A stretch of 63,826 nt of DNA, filler included, from Pirum gemmata (taxonomy: Eukaryota), in the NCBI GenBank assembly GCA_002812295.1. It is 12 parts of 12 records of this genome, joined end to end, with 100 filler letters (N's around TTAATTAATTAA, not from the genome) between each part and the next. Parts side by side here need not be neighbours in the genome. Positions count along the whole stretch, not along the records: positions 25,911 to 30,781 come from PDIN01000826.1; positions 30,882 to 35,777 come from PDIN01000827.1; positions 35,878 to 40,773 come from PDIN01000828.1; 9 more parts are not named here. One strand, 5' to 3'. Numbering within the stretch: position 1 is the first letter of the stretch; the number at the start of each line of letters is the position of its first letter. Positions 26,133-40,125 of this stretch are shown piece after piece. The notes beneath the pieces were generated by a model that worked only from the letters and a program-made list of their open reading frames with translations, did no database searches and had not been told where the DNA came from. The position numbers and the translations under genes are program-made.

Positions 26133-27260
26133 ATGGAAAAATTTGTTAATTCAAATTCAGTTGTTAAACCTGAACTAAAATATGATTGTGGGGCAACAAA
26201 GGAAGAAGCTGATCAATTGAAAGCTTTGTTTTTCTTTCTTTTTTTGTTTGATTTAGATAATAAAGATAAGAGTAGAATGCCTGTCCCGTTAGTAGATAAA
26301 AAAGATTCTACTGGTCAGCCTAAACACTGTCATGCTAATGATGATTTTCACCCCAAAAATGATGTAGATAGTAGCGGAGAGTGCAATATTGACAATGAAT
26401 GTAATTGCAGTTTCCGAGTTTGTAAACGCGAAAAACCTTTGAACAGTTGTTGTTACGAATTTTGTAATAGCCAGAGCAATGGCAAAAATAGCAATCATTA
26501 TCACAATCGAAATCTTCTTTTAAATAATCACCGTAATCAACAATCTCAGACCCCAGGCCAAAATATCAACCCTTACCCTAATCATACTAATCATAATCAG
26601 AATCATAGTCATCATAACTATAGAAATAACATGGAAGATTATCATATGGGAAACACCAATGATGGCAATAACAATAATTACCATAGCCAAGTTAACAAAA
26701 GAAATCATTTTGAAAGTTGTAATCATGATAAGAGTAGATGTGCTGATAACATTATAAGTGGTAGTCATCATAATTTTCATCAAATAGATAACGGAATGTT
26801 ATCTTCTATTCACGAATATGAAGATGATGCGGAAGAAGAAGCATATTATATGATGCAAACTGAAAAGAAAGAAAAATTCGAAGAACTTTTGACTTGTGTG
26901 GAGTCTTTGGTTGAAAATTTTACGCAAACAGAAAATGAGGCAGAAATTATTTCAAGACAGTTAGCAAATGACAATTCACGTTGGTTAGAGTACGAGAGTA
27001 TATTAGATTCACGGATGGCTAAACTTAGCCATTATCATAACAATAATATGAAGGAAATGAGGTTAGACCCACGTTTTCTTAGTTTGATTAATGATTATCA
27101 AAACTTGGATGAAGAAAAGAGAGACAGACAAAGAAGATATTGTGAAAAACATGAAACAATCCTGTCTGAACAAAGATTAATCCGTCGTCGATACTTAGAT
27201 GTAGAGTTTCAAATCCAGAAGATAGATCCAGATTATTTTCTGGCTCTACGTGGTTGTTAA
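26133..27260 (+). CDS. Hypothetical protein with Asn/His-rich low-complexity middle and predicted C-terminal coiled coil (375 aa)
   Basis: Long ORF in AT-rich DNA with coding-like composition; no family recognised. Confidence 0.75.
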   Translation: MEKFVNSNSVVKPELKYDCGATKEEADQLKALFFFLFLFDLDNKDKSRMPVPLVDKKDSTGQPKHCHANDDFHPKNDVDSSGECNIDNECNCSFRVCKREKPLNSCCYEFCNSQSNGKNSNHYHNRNLLLNNHRNQQSQTPGQNINPYPNHTNHNQNHSHHNYRNNMEDYHMGNTNDGNNNNYHSQVNKRNHFESCNHDKSRCADNIISGSHHNFHQIDNGMLSSIHEYEDDAEEEAYYMMQTEKKEKFEELLTCVESLVENFTQTENEAEIISRQLANDNSRWLEYESILDSRMAKLSHYHNNNMKEMRLDPRFLSLINDYQNLDEEKRDRQRRYCEKHETILSEQRLIRRRYLDVEFQIQKIDPDYFLALRGC

Positions 27261-27916
27261 TTAAAATAGTAAGTAGTATCATATAATAATATCAATGTGC
27301 GTAATAGTAGCCGTAATAATGTACAAAGTAGAAGTACGTATAACGTTTGAAAAAGTGGTGCAGGTAGTAATGAAACCACATAGAATGGAATGAATCGGAC
27401 GGTAGAATTGGGGAGGGTGAATAAACTATAAATAATCTATTTTTAAAAAAGGCAGTATAACATACTTGTAGTAGTAATGCTTGACTTAATGAAATATGAT
27501 AATTTTATTGACGTCTTATAATAATAGTTATTGGAATCTTCGAAAAAGTGGTACAAGTATGTATGGTAATAATAAAATTACGTGGAATGAATGTAACGAC
27601 AACAGGATGGTTGGTGGAAACTTGAAAATGGCATAAATATCTAGGCAGTGTACAATACTTGTAGTAGTAGTAACAATTCTTGTAGTAATGGTTGTATCAA
27701 ATATGATATAATAATTTATAATTGAAAGTCATAGTAGCAATAATATTAATATTGCACCTTTCGAAAAAGTGGCACAGGTAGGAATAAGGCCATGTAGAAT
27801 GGATGCAATAATTAAATGATCTATATAAAAGGCAGAAATAAGGTAATGCTTGTAGCTATAGGAGTGCATGCTTGTGGTTGTAAACTATAAAACTGTAACA
27901 ATAGTTAGCTACAATG

Positions 27917-28690
27917 ACATTCAAAAATACAATCCACACACACAATGAGATTACAGACAACAGCGTTCGTAACGTTTTTTATTATAGTAATCTAGATAAT
28001 ATATATATAATTAGCATTAAATTTTGATTTTGATTTGGCTACAGATAGACTAATAAAGTACAATTTTTTTTAAAAAACTAACAATGCTATAGACATGTAC
28101 AAAGCAGACGGAAAGAATTATACACATGAATGATGGTATGCATGGTTATTGTATGTAAAGGAATATTATGTTGAATATATATATTAATTAAAATGTTAAA
28201 AAACGTTGTTATATTATGTAATAATAAGGAAATAATGAATAATGTATATGAGATCGAGATAATGATCAATTCAATACAACACAATAGTACACAATATACT
28301 ATTAATACACTACATGTACACTACACTGCACTACACTATACATTCAAAAATACAATCCACTGCGCTACACTATACATTCAAAAATACAATCCACACACAC
28401 AATGAGATTACAGACAACAGCGTTCGTAACGTTTTTTAAAATAGTAATGTAGATAAATTGTATTATATATATATAATTAGCATTTGATTTTGATTTGGCT
28501 ATTAATACAGAATAGATTAATAAAGTACAATTTTTTTTTTTTTTTAAAAAAAAACTAGCAATGCTTTAGACATGTGCAAAGCAGACGAAAAGAATTATAT
28601 AATATGTGAATGATGGTATGCATCGTTATTGCATGTAAAGGAATATGTTGAATATATAATATGTTAAAAAACGTAAGGAAATAATGAATA
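27917..28690. repeat. About 330-bp direct duplication (27917-28250 and 28375-28690)
   Basis: ACATTCAAAAATACAATCCACACACACAATGAGATTACAGAC... occurs twice; a degenerate triplication of about 200-bp units lies at 27340-27860. Confidence 0.85.
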
Positions 28691-30431
28691 TAATAATAAT
28701 AATAATAATAATAATATTAATAATAATAATAATAATAATTTTATAGTATTGATATTAATTAATAGGGTAATAATAATATAATAATAATATAATAATAATA
28801 ATAATAATAATAACAATTAATAATTTGATGGTAAATATACAATAGACTATGAAAAAGCATCTTGTTATAAGGTTGATTGTAATTGTGAAATAGAAATATC
28901 AAATATTAAAACATTGCTTTATCAAATTTCTCAAAAAGATTAAATGAATATTATATGTAATTGAAAAATATAAACCAAGATATAAAATAGTTGATACAAA
29001 TGTTTATGAAAAATTTAATCCTAACGGAGATTGTAATGTCAGATTACTAATTCATTATTACTTATACTTGATAATATTATTAATTAATTAATTAATTAAT
29101 AATAATAATAATACTTTATTTATGACTTACTCACAATCACTATCATAATCGCTATAATTCTCAATATATAATTCATTATCGATTATATACTCGTCTATAT
29201 CTCTATCAATGTCAATATCAAGTAAATTAAAAACAAATCTTTAATTAATAATATTATACTAAATATTGTTTTTTCAGAGTATTTAGAAAAATTTGCTGGT
29301 GAATCGTAATAACCAGATTCATTTCAGACTTATAATAAAAATCATTTTTATCAATATTTTCATTTCCATTATCTTTAATATAACCTTTGATAGCTTTTTC
29401 TAAGAAATCTTTATTACTAATTAAATATCTTATAAAAACTTTCACTTTATCCACTTTAACATTAACAAAATTATTGTTTCCCTATAATATTATATGATTC
29501 TATAGTCATTTCATTATTATTAGCATAGTCAGAATAAAATTTCTTGTAATTTTGTCATTGTCATTGTAGTTGTCATTGTTGCCATATTTCCCACAAAAAA
29601 TGATACACGTAAAAATTATTTTAATTTTTATAATTAATTATAAGGTTTTAATGAAAAATGACAATAAGATTAAAATAACATGTACTTGAAAAGGTATATG
29701 GTATAATATCAAATTAATTAATATGATAAAATATGTTTTTGTCATTTTATCATATTATTCTTTGTCAGTTTCTTTTAAAAGTTTTTTTAATTATAAAAAA
29801 AATAGAGAAAATGACAGTTTTTGTCAGTTTCTAAAGATTTAATTAAGAAAATAACAGGTTTTGTCATTCTCTCCAGATTTCTGAAAAAAAAAAAAAAAAA
29901 AAAAACATAAGAATGAAAAAAATCAGAGAAAATGACAAAACCTGTCATTTTCAGAGAGAATGACATTTTTTGTAGATGTTTTCTATTATTTATTGAAATA
30001 ATTATTATAAATAATATATATAAACCAAATCCGAGTAAATAGTGGGAATATAAGGGCAATCTGAGCGATACACTCGATCATTAGAATTAGCTTGCTGGGA
30101 TGGTGATAAAGTACGAAGGTGCTGTTGTTGATCACGCCAAATCATTTCTTGTTCTCGTAACAATTCTGCCGCCCGTAAAGCCTCGACGCGAAAGTTTGTT
30201 ATTTTTTAATAATGGGACAAACTACTACGGCAGAAAATGGTTTGTATTTAATAGCAGCTTCATCTTCTACTCAAACATATGCTCAAACAATCCAATACGC
30301 TGAGACTTCAGTTCACAGAAACTTTGTTTCAACAAACCCGTAGTTTAATTCAATGTTATTAATAAAGGAATATTAATTCCATAATAAATAAATATTTCAA
30401 TAAAGTACAAGGGAAATTATAATATAATTTA

Positions 30432-30757
30432 CAGGCACCTTTGGGTCCGGAATGAATTTATTCATATTCTGTATAATTTATTGTCATGTTTTACATAAAT
30501 TATATATAAGGGATTAAAATACTATGTAAAGTCTAATCTAATATTTATGTAATATGTAAGTTATTAAATGTACATAATGTTTAAGATAAAAATGGTACAA
30601 TATAGTTAACAGCATATTAATAGAAGAATGTAATAATGTTTATCCCGAAGTAATAATTAAATTTTAATGAAATAAAAATCCATTAAAAATTAAATTTAAA
30701 AGTGAAACGGGACATCACGTGATTGGGACAAAGACCCAAAAGACCCAAAGGTGCCTG
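30432..30757. mobile_element. Tc1/mariner-type MITE (TA|CAGGCACCTTTGGGTC...GACCCAAAGGTGCCTG|TA)
   Basis: Perfect TIR starting CAG and flanked by TA; the symmetry extends about 11 bp further into the AT-rich flanks. Confidence 0.75.
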
Positions 30758-31168
30758 TAAATTATATTATTATAATAATAANNNNNNNNNNNNNNNNNNN
30801 NNNNNNNNNNNNNNNNNNNNNNNNNTTAATTAATTAANNNNNNNNNNNNNNNNNNNNNNNNNNNNNNNNNNNNNNNNNNNNGAGCACCCCATTTACGGCT
30901 ATTCGCCACTTCGCAGTTTCCATAAATAGTATTTATATAGTTATAAATAGTAGCTACTATTTTAAAAGCTTCTATTAATAGTAGCTATTATACTATTTAA
31001 AGCTATTTTCACCACATGTTCAGAGGCGGCAGACTAGCTAGCTATATCTCGTCTATTTAACACCTACCAAATAAATATTCAGAGTAACAAAAAATAAATG
31101 AAAAGCACAATATGATAGTCTATTAGACTATCCTGATTATATAGATAACCCTGAATAATCCTAAACAC

Positions 31169-31424
31169 TAGTCTCTATTCGTCAGCAAGCGCTGTCATTT
31201 CGAAATGACAAAAAGAAGTTTTACTTTGACAAACTTTTCGGGAAATGAGAATGAATGACACGATCAGCGATCAGCTCACTGCATAATATTGACCTATATT
31301 GACGTAATTTCCTTTCATTTGATATACTTTTCGTCTCAATTGCGTAATTAAAAGTGTTAATACGACCACGTTGGATTTGAGATAAAACGTCATTTTAAAA
31401 TGATGTGCTGACGAATAGACACTA
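31169..31424. mobile_element. MITE with TAG...CTA termini (Academ-like), 19-bp TIR
   Basis: TAGTCTCTATTCGTCAGCA versus TGCTGACGAATAGACACTA, one mismatch. Superfamily inferred from the termini only. Confidence 0.75.
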
Positions 31425-33721
31425 GACCTAAAAGTCAACCTAACTATATTCGAAACCCTAACCCTAACCTTAGCCCTAACACTAACACTAATCCTATATA
31501 ATATGATATATAATAATAATATGTAGTATATGTGTTAAACTAGATAAACTTGTAGACTAAAACTCCCCTTATATAATAAAAAAGACAAAATTAATAATAG
31601 AGTCTAGCTCCCCTAAAAATAATATTATCACAAAATTTATCTATTACTAAATCTATCATAGACTATATTGTTAAACATGATAAATTTTACTATTTTAATT
31701 AAACGTTAATAATTGATCATAATATTATTATGATCATAGTCAATCCTAACCAGTCCCTACTCCCTAACCCTACCTTAGCCCTAACCCTAACCCTAACTAG
31801 CTAGACTAGACCGGGGCCCTACTACTAGCTAGCTAGCTAGGACCGGGGTCCTGGACCGAGGTCTATAATGTCGTGCTTTTCAGTTATAAAATATACAATA
31901 AATAGTACCAAATTATTACAATATAAATCCATTTCGTTTAATTTGGTATATTTTATTATATATTTATTTATTTTAAAGTATCAATTTAAATATTATAAAC
32001 AACCAAATAAATATTCGGAGTGACTAAATAAATGAAAAGCACAATAATAATAATATTATTATAGCTAGAGATAAATTGGTAGACTTAAGTAATAAAAACT
32101 ACCATAAAATTTATTTATTTAGCTCCCCTAAAAATAATATTATCGATAAACTGGACTATTAAAATTTATTTAGACCCCCTTAACTACTAGCTAGAGTAGA
32201 GGTTGTAAACAAACATTGGTAGCTAGTCTCTAGTCTATGTCATATCGGATAGTTCTCATACTTATATAACATGATCATAAACCTAGTTATTATTATATAG
32301 ACTATTATATTTTTTAACTATCAAGCCAGATAAAAATGGCAACATCCGCCATAATGAGCTCAAAAATCCAAAAACCTCAAAATGCTCCAATTTTAATAAA
32401 AGTACTACCAAATTAAATAATCGTGTAAATAACAAAACTCAATTATAATAACCCAATGGTCAGCTTTTAAAAACAATTGGGTTAGTTAACATTAAAGATT
32501 TTTAGAAAAGAAGTCTAAAAAAAATGATTTCTACAGTTTTATCTGGCCTGGGAAAAAATATATATAGACTATTAGGTCTATCAAGTAAAAAGGTTTTTTT
32601 TTAAAAAAATAAAACCAGCTAGCTACCACCACGTGTTGATAATATTTAGACTAGCTAGCTAGCTAGACCTAAGTAGACTATTACTAATACTATCGATAGA
32701 CCCCCCCCCCCTATAATGCCCTATTACTTGAGAAAAATCTATCATAGCTAGCTAGGTCTATCGACTAGGGTCTATCGATATCATCCATTTATCATATCGT
32801 GATTTTCATTTATTTTGTCACTTGGAATACTTATTTGGAGGGTTATAATCTTTAAATTGACATTTTTAAATAAATAAATAGATAATAAAATATACCTAAT
32901 TAAATTAAATGGATTTATATTGTATTAATTTGGTGCTATTTATTGTATATTTTATGACGACAAAATAACTGAAAAGCACTATATCATAATATATATAGGA
33001 TATATGATATGATATTTATATTATAAAGGACGTCACCTAATCTTACCTATGCCTCTTTTTCCAAAACCACTTTTGGTCATAATTTTAAAGTTCATTTTAA
33101 TAATTAATTACTGTCTAAAACAGTTTAAGTCACACTTTCGAGCAATGACTTATATCAAAAAATAAGTGATGTTTATTATTATGAATGTTCCCCAAAAAAT
33201 CATAGCTATAGACTAGTCTACCTATCATAGAAAATCTTCTGTCCTTTTCAGTTGTTTTGCCTTCATAAAATATACAATAAATAGTACCAAATTAATACAA
33301 TATAAATCCATTTAATTTAATTTGGTATATTTTATTATCTATGTATTGATTTAAAAATATCAATTTAAAGATTATAACCCTCCAAATAAATATTCACCGT
33401 GACAAAATAAATGAAAAGCATTGTAGACAATAATATGACGAAATTTTTCGAGCTCAGCTCAGCTAATCTATGAAAAGAAGGATAGTTAGGCACATTTATT
33501 TGGTGGTTTATAATCTTTAAATTGACATTTTTAAACGAATAAATAGATGATAAAACATACCAAATTAAATAAAATGGATTTATATTGTATTAATTTGGTA
33601 TTCTTTATTGTATATTTTATTATGAAAGATAGACTATCGAGTTGAAGATGTTCAGATCGATAGATACAGGTGTGGCAAAAAATAACAATAATAATTATTA
33701 TTATAGACTAGTCTATCAATA

Positions 33722-33948
33722 TAGGGGTGAGATATCTACTGGAACTTTTTTCGAACAGATGCTTATCGAGCCAACCTTAGTTCGGTGTCTCTTACTAATA
33801 ATAGCAGTTAAATAGCTTAAAATAGTAAATCTAATTTAGTAGATACCAATTAAAGTAAGAATATTAACATTAATAGGAATAAAAGAATAAAATCGGAAAA
33901 GTTCCGGCAGCTGCTTGGTAATAATAAAATGACGTCATCTCACCCCTA
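33722..33948. mobile_element. MITE family D, second copy
   Basis: Reverse-complement homologue of 2967-3194. Confidence 0.85.
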
Positions 33949-34319
33949 CTAGTTACTGCTTCTATAATCATAAAAAAAGATTGGGGAAGCCCTGAAAAAA
34001 GATAATAATAATATTATGATTATTATATCATAAATATAATATTATGATTATGATATATTATATTTATAAACAACAACATTTTTAATATATTTTTCATAGT
34101 AGTATAGTATTTGTAGTAGTTCGTAAATACCATCCCATTTCGGTTCAAATAATTACTTCTTAATTATATGATTCAACCATTGTTGCTGTTATTTTAATGA
34201 TGTTTGGTTTCACTAAAGAGCTCTAACTCCTCTTTAAAATTTACAAGAATCGCTGAAGAGCTCTAACTCCTCTTTAGAAGAATCACTGAAAAGTATTTCT
34301 GTAGTAAAAGTAGCTATCA

Positions 34320-34604
34320 TTGTTTTGTTGTTTTGTTGTTTTGTTGTTTTGTTGTTTTGTTGTTGTTTTGTTGTTGTTTTGTTGTTTTGTTGTTGTTTTG
34401 TTGTTTTGTTGTTGTTTTGGTGTTTTGTTGTTGTTTTGTTGTTTTGTTGTTTTGTTGTTTTGTTGTTGTTGTTTTGTTTTGTTTTAAATTGTTTTAATTA
34501 AATGTGTTGTTTTGTTGTTTTAAATTTGTAATTTTTTAATGTGTTGTTTTGTTGTTTTGTTGTTTTGTTGTTTTGTTGTTTTGTTGTTTTGTTGTTTTGT
34601 TGTT
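34320..34604. repeat. (TTTTGTTG)n repeat
   Basis: Seen directly. Confidence 0.95.
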
Positions 34605-37381
34605 AGATCAATTCATAGTAGAGTTATCATAATAAGTATATAAGGTATATAGAGTATATATAAGATAGACCCCCCATTTTGAGAGTTGGCTCAGTGTTGG
34701 CTTTGTGAAATTGTGAAGAGTTCAACGGTGGTGTAGTGTAAATCAACTTCAACTTTTCGCTTTTTTCAAAATTTTGTTCTTTCTTTTAGACCGGTCTATT
34801 CTATTCTTTCTTTCCTTTTTTTTCTTTCGAGTGACATGAAATTTAATCAATAATTGGTTGAAAATGTCAAATTAGAAAATAACAATAGAAATAATTATTT
34901 CTATGATACTACGTAACGCCAATTTCTGGTCAGATACAGGTTCAAATACTCCTATCTACCTACCCCTCAACGTTAATTTCTGGTCAAATACCACCTACTT
35001 ACCTACCCCTTGACGTGACGTATTATTTGAATGCACCCTACACTCTATAAATAAACAATATCCTAGCTAGCTAGAGAGGATCAATATCTTTCTTTTCACT
35101 TTTTTCATTTATTTTGTCACCTCTGAATATTTATTTGGCGGGTTATAATATTTAAATTGACATTTTTAAACCAATATATAGATAATAAAATATACCAAAT
35201 TAAATTAAATGGATTTTTATTGTATTAATTTGGTACTATTTATTGTATATTTTATGATGACAAAACAACGATAGACTAGACTATAGAAAGTTAGAAATAG
35301 AAGTCTAGCTAGCTAGCTGTTCATCAGATCTACCCCGAATCCGTCTCTCTACTACTAGCTAGCTAGCTAGCTAAGAGCTAGCTAACCTCTAGCTACTAGC
35401 TAGTATTGTGGTGTGTGAATATTTATTTGGTTGGTTATAATATTTAAGTTGACATTTTTTAAATTAATAAATTTATAATTAAATACACCAAATTAAATTA
35501 AATAGATTAATTTAATATTAATTGGGTATTATTTATTTTATATTTTATGATGACAAAACTATTATAGCTATTATAGCAGCCTCTACTAGCTAGACTACTA
35601 CTAGACTAGCTAGCTAGCGACTAGTTATTAGGACACGTTCTGTTTGATAAAAAATAAAATAAAAAGAGAAAAAATAATGCTGTCCAAATTCTGTGCACGT
35701 TCTGGTTGATAAAAAGAGAAAAACTAATGCTACTGATAATAATGCTGCGACTATTCTCTATATAATAATAATAATAANNNNNNNNNNNNNNNNNNNNNNN
35801 NNNNNNNNNNNNNNNNNNNNNTTAATTAATTAANNNNNNNNNNNNNNNNNNNNNNNNNNNNNNNNNNNNNNNNNNNNCAAAAAAAAAAAAAAAAATTAAT
35901 TGGATTTTTAAAAAAAAAACAAAAAAAAATTTGAAAATTTCGAATTTTGGATGAAATTACCTAAAATTAAAGTAGGCGTACCTGTCAGCAAAAATTTTGG
36001 TATTTTTTGTCTGTTCATCGGGTGCATTTTTTTATGATGACGTGTCATTTATGTTCATTTGTGTTTAAAAAAAAAAATGAAAAAACTAACATCGAGCCAA
36101 AAAATCCCAATAAAATTGCCATAATTAGGTAAAAAAATTGGGAGCTTATACTGAGCTTATGCACATTGCACACTCTTCACGAGTCATTCATTTTTTGGAA
36201 TTTTGGTTTCCTGGTTTTTTGATTCGCCCATGACCTTATCGTTTTATAATTGGTTGATACTATTGGTTGATTAACAAAAATGGACGAGTAATTTTTTTCA
36301 CTGAAATTTGAATAAACTCGCGTATGCATAACGAAGTTTGTGTACAAAATTTGTCTGTCTACAAAATTTGTCTGTCTACAAAATTTGTTTGTCTACAAAA
36401 TTTGTGTTGGTAAAATTTTTAATATCATGCTAGTAATACATTAGTGAAATATCATGCGTTTTTTGACTGTTTTTTGTTAGTGCAGATGTACGAGTGCTCT
36501 TTTCCTTTTTTTTTTTTTGTTGTTGTTGTTGAAATTGCTACATTTTTATTTTCTATTACAATAATGTATATCATACATTGGGACATGATACACATTGTGT
36601 TTGGTACTGTCTTTCGTACTTTCTGGTTTTTCCAAACGCATGGGTAGTAAAAATAGTACAGGGAGAATGTGCAAACCCCATCAAAATTAACTTACTCGCT
36701 ATATATCACCATAAGAAGACAGAATTTCCAATATATTTATAATAATATTATAATATATTATTATTATAATAATATAATATCTATATGTAAACATTATAAT
36801 AATAATATTATTATAACCATGGTAAGCTAGCTACTAGCTACCTGATACTACTAGCTAGCTAGAGAAACAGAAAGAAACTGATACTACTAGTAGCTAGCTA
36901 GCTAGCTACAGTCTAGCTACTAGCTAGTGTAAACTTAGTGTAACTACAGTTAGTGCATTCTTTTTAAAAAAAAATTTTTGATCGATTATTTTTCAATTTC
37001 GAACATCCTACTTTTTTATGTGAGAACTTAGAGGACATTGGGATAAAAGGTGTGTTTTTTCGCCTTATTTGATCGATTTTTTTTCAGTTTCGAACATCCT
37101 ACTTTTTTATGTGAGAACTTAGGGGGGGCATTGGGATAAAAGGTGTGTTTTTTCGCCTTATTGGAAAAGAGTGTCACTAACCAATGCGCAGTAAATTTGC
37201 GATATTTTCTCGAGACTTTATTTTTTTTAACTATAACTGTAATGCCATTCTTAACTCACTCTTAATTAACTCTAACACACTTCTAACACGTAAAAATGCA
37301 CTTCGTTCGTCACTCTTTCGTAGACTAACCAAACAAATAAATGAACGAGTTTTTTACTAATCACAGTCCACAGTAATTATA

Positions 37382-37577
37382 ATCGTGCTTTTCAGTTGTT
37401 TTGTCATCATAAAATATACAATAAAGAGTACCAAATCAATACTGTATAAATCAATTTTATTTGATTTGGTATAATATAATATTGTATAATCTATTTATTC
37501 ATTTAAAAATGGCAACTTAAATATTATAACCAACTAAATAAATTTTCAGAGTGACAATATAAATGAAAAGCACAATA
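37382..37577. mobile_element. MITE family C, full-length copy
   Basis: ATCGTGCTTTTCAGTTGTTTTGTCA...TGACAATATAAATGAAAAGCACAATA. Confidence 0.9.
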
Positions 37578-38596
37578 ATAATAATAACTAACGCTCTCTA
37601 TCTAGCTAGTAGCTAGCTAGCTAACTAGAGAGAGTAACTTTTTTTAAAATTATTACAATACCTGCTGAAAAAATAGTATAACTGGAAATATGGGAACTGG
37701 TATTAGTTCTTTTATTAATTAAAATCAACAATATACTAGGTAGGTGTTAATTTACTACCACATAATTCTAAATATGGAAACAAAAAAACAAAATTTCCAA
37801 TTGTAGTTTGCTATGGTAATAATTATGAATTCTCTATTAATTATTATTTAAAATTAGAATTCAATCTATACGTAAGTGAAGTTATTGAATACGTTGAGTC
37901 AAGTTCAAGTAGGTATGATATTTTCTGTTATCTAGAAGAGAAAAATATTTTAAAAGATTTTTTAATAAATTACCAATTAATTTTATCATTTCAACTACTG
38001 ATGAAATTGTAGATTCTTTGCGTCGTTCAAGTTATGAAACTGTTACAAAAGATTGGATTATGTATTATATAGGGTTAATTAATGTGGAATATAACTATAT
38101 ATTATATACATATTATATAGTAATTATTATTTAAATTTTGTTACTTACTTTAGTTATTGTATTTGTTTATAATTATTATCAAATAGTAAATGAATAGTAG
38201 GGAGTTAGTAGCTATAGGCCTTTACTATATAATTATTATTGTTTACTTTTCTACTTATATTTAAAATTATTGTGTTCTTTATAATAATATATATAATACA
38301 GCAGGTTTTCAAAAAAATAAAAAATTTAATAAAAATAAATAGACCGTTCCTGACTTTTTGACATCACTAATTAATTTTAAAAAAACGGGTATAAGCTTTT
38401 TTGTTGGATTATTTTTTGGTCTGCGTCATTTAATAATCTCTATATTGTAAAAAAATAGTCTACGCACCATATATAAGTATATTATTACTTAACATAGTAA
38501 TATGTCTAGCCATATATATGTATTTTTTTTAAAAAAAATTATTCATATTATTATTATTGTTATTATTGTCATTATTATTATCATTATAGTATTATG

Positions 38597-40125
38597 TTAC
38601 GGTGTTTGTGGTGTTTGTGGTGTTTGTGGTGTTTGTGGTGTTTGTGGTGTTCATGGTGTTTGTGGTGTTTGTGGTGTTTGTGGTGTTTGTGGTGTTTGTG
38701 GTGTTTGTGGTGTTTGCTGTTGATTAATAATTCGCAAACTACGTCTTGGAGTACTGTTTGGTTCTAAATAATCAGGAATAACACCTTCTTAACAAAAGCT
38801 ATGAAACATCTTTTGTAAACGGTTTCGTTCATTTTCATTTCTACTTTTTATATACTTAGCTCTTTTTCTACCTTTTTTTAAATCTATAAGTGAAAAAGAA
38901 GTACGCCTCCTCTTTTGACCATGTTCCATTTCATTGTGTAAAGTTTTCGGTTTTACGATATCCCAATCTTTAATTGGTATAGCTCTTGCTTCTTTTTTAC
39001 CGTCACCTGGAATATTAAACTGACATCGAATGTCTGTGCAAGTTTTGTATCTTTCTGGGTCTTTACGCCATCTCCAGTGATAATAAAGCAGCATTAATAA
39101 TCCACCGACATGACTACATTTTCCAGTTTTACCCATAGGACAAGGACAATAGCCATACTCTATTTCTGTATCGTAAAATTCAGGGCCATAAGAACAAATA
39201 GGTGAAAAGTTTTTCATTTTAAGGCAAATATAACAGCCATAAAACCCTGCTTTCATTGATCTTGGAATAGATCCATGCAACGAAATACTTTGTATTCAAC
39301 ACCTTTTACTTTTTCTATACTAATTTTCTTATTACCTACCATATGGAACTTTGACAAACTAGTTATTACTTTTGCAATTGCTTTTTCCAATGTGTTATTC
39401 CCAACGAAATCCATTATCATTTGCATTGTTAAAGCTGTCGTAAAGTATTTATCAGGCCAGTTTCTTTGAAATGAAATGGTTGAATAAGGAACTACAAATG
39501 GTTCACTAATACCTGTTACATTCCCGTCAGCTTTTATTTGTTTAAAAGTGCTCAAATCTGAGCGGGGATCATAACAACCAGTTGCATAGCCCACGCATTT
39601 ATTTCTTGCTATTTGTAAGCCATTACAATCACATAATTCACCTTGTAAAGCAATACATTGTGTATTGTCAATAGTAAACACAAGCCCATTTTGAAAAGCG
39701 TTAATTCCTATTTTTAAATATTTCTTAACATGGTCAGTAAACTTACACACCTTATTGTTTTCACTAAAAAAGAAATCAATCAAGCTATGAAAACTTGTAT
39801 CATCAGCATCTTGTTGTAGTGCTTTTTGTTTTATATATTTGTGGTGTTCTTCTTGAAGTTTGATTATACTCCGTCGAGCTTTATTGTGACCCCAACCGAA
39901 TAAAGATGACACAGTTGCTTCCTTTGTTTGCTTTCTTTTTTTCGTCGTTGCTGAGGTGGTGGTGGTGGTAGTAGTGTTAGTAGTAGTAGTGGCTGTACTT
40001 GAAGTAGCTATAGCATTTGTATTTGTAGACACAGAAGATGCAGAATCAGTTTTCTTATGAAAAAATTTAGTGTAATCGCAACCTATTAACACACAATAAA
40101 GTAAAAAGGCTTCATTATCAGGTTC
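38597..40125 (-). pseudogene. Transposon accessory ORF: XPG/EXO1-like nuclease fragment plus SWIM zinc finger, 5'-truncated and disrupted
   Basis: FLLYCVLIGCDY and GWGHNKA (XPG-I/H3TH-like); CPCPMGKTGKCSHVGGLL (SWIM); TCTDIRCQFNIP. Frameshift near 39278; in-frame stop at 38789; frame continues through a (TPQ)n repeat to TAA at 38597. Confidence 0.7.

Noticed and set aside
34115..34150. Minus-strand FEPKWDGI resembling the ATP-dependent ligase KxDG motif
   Set aside because: It is preceded by a stop codon, lacks the following Arg, and no other ligase motif is nearby.
37770..38100. Coding-like AT-rich remnants (also 43490-43590, 52140-52250 and 60600-60960)
   Set aside because: Multiple stops or frameshifts and no recognisable motif, so I cannot support a call.
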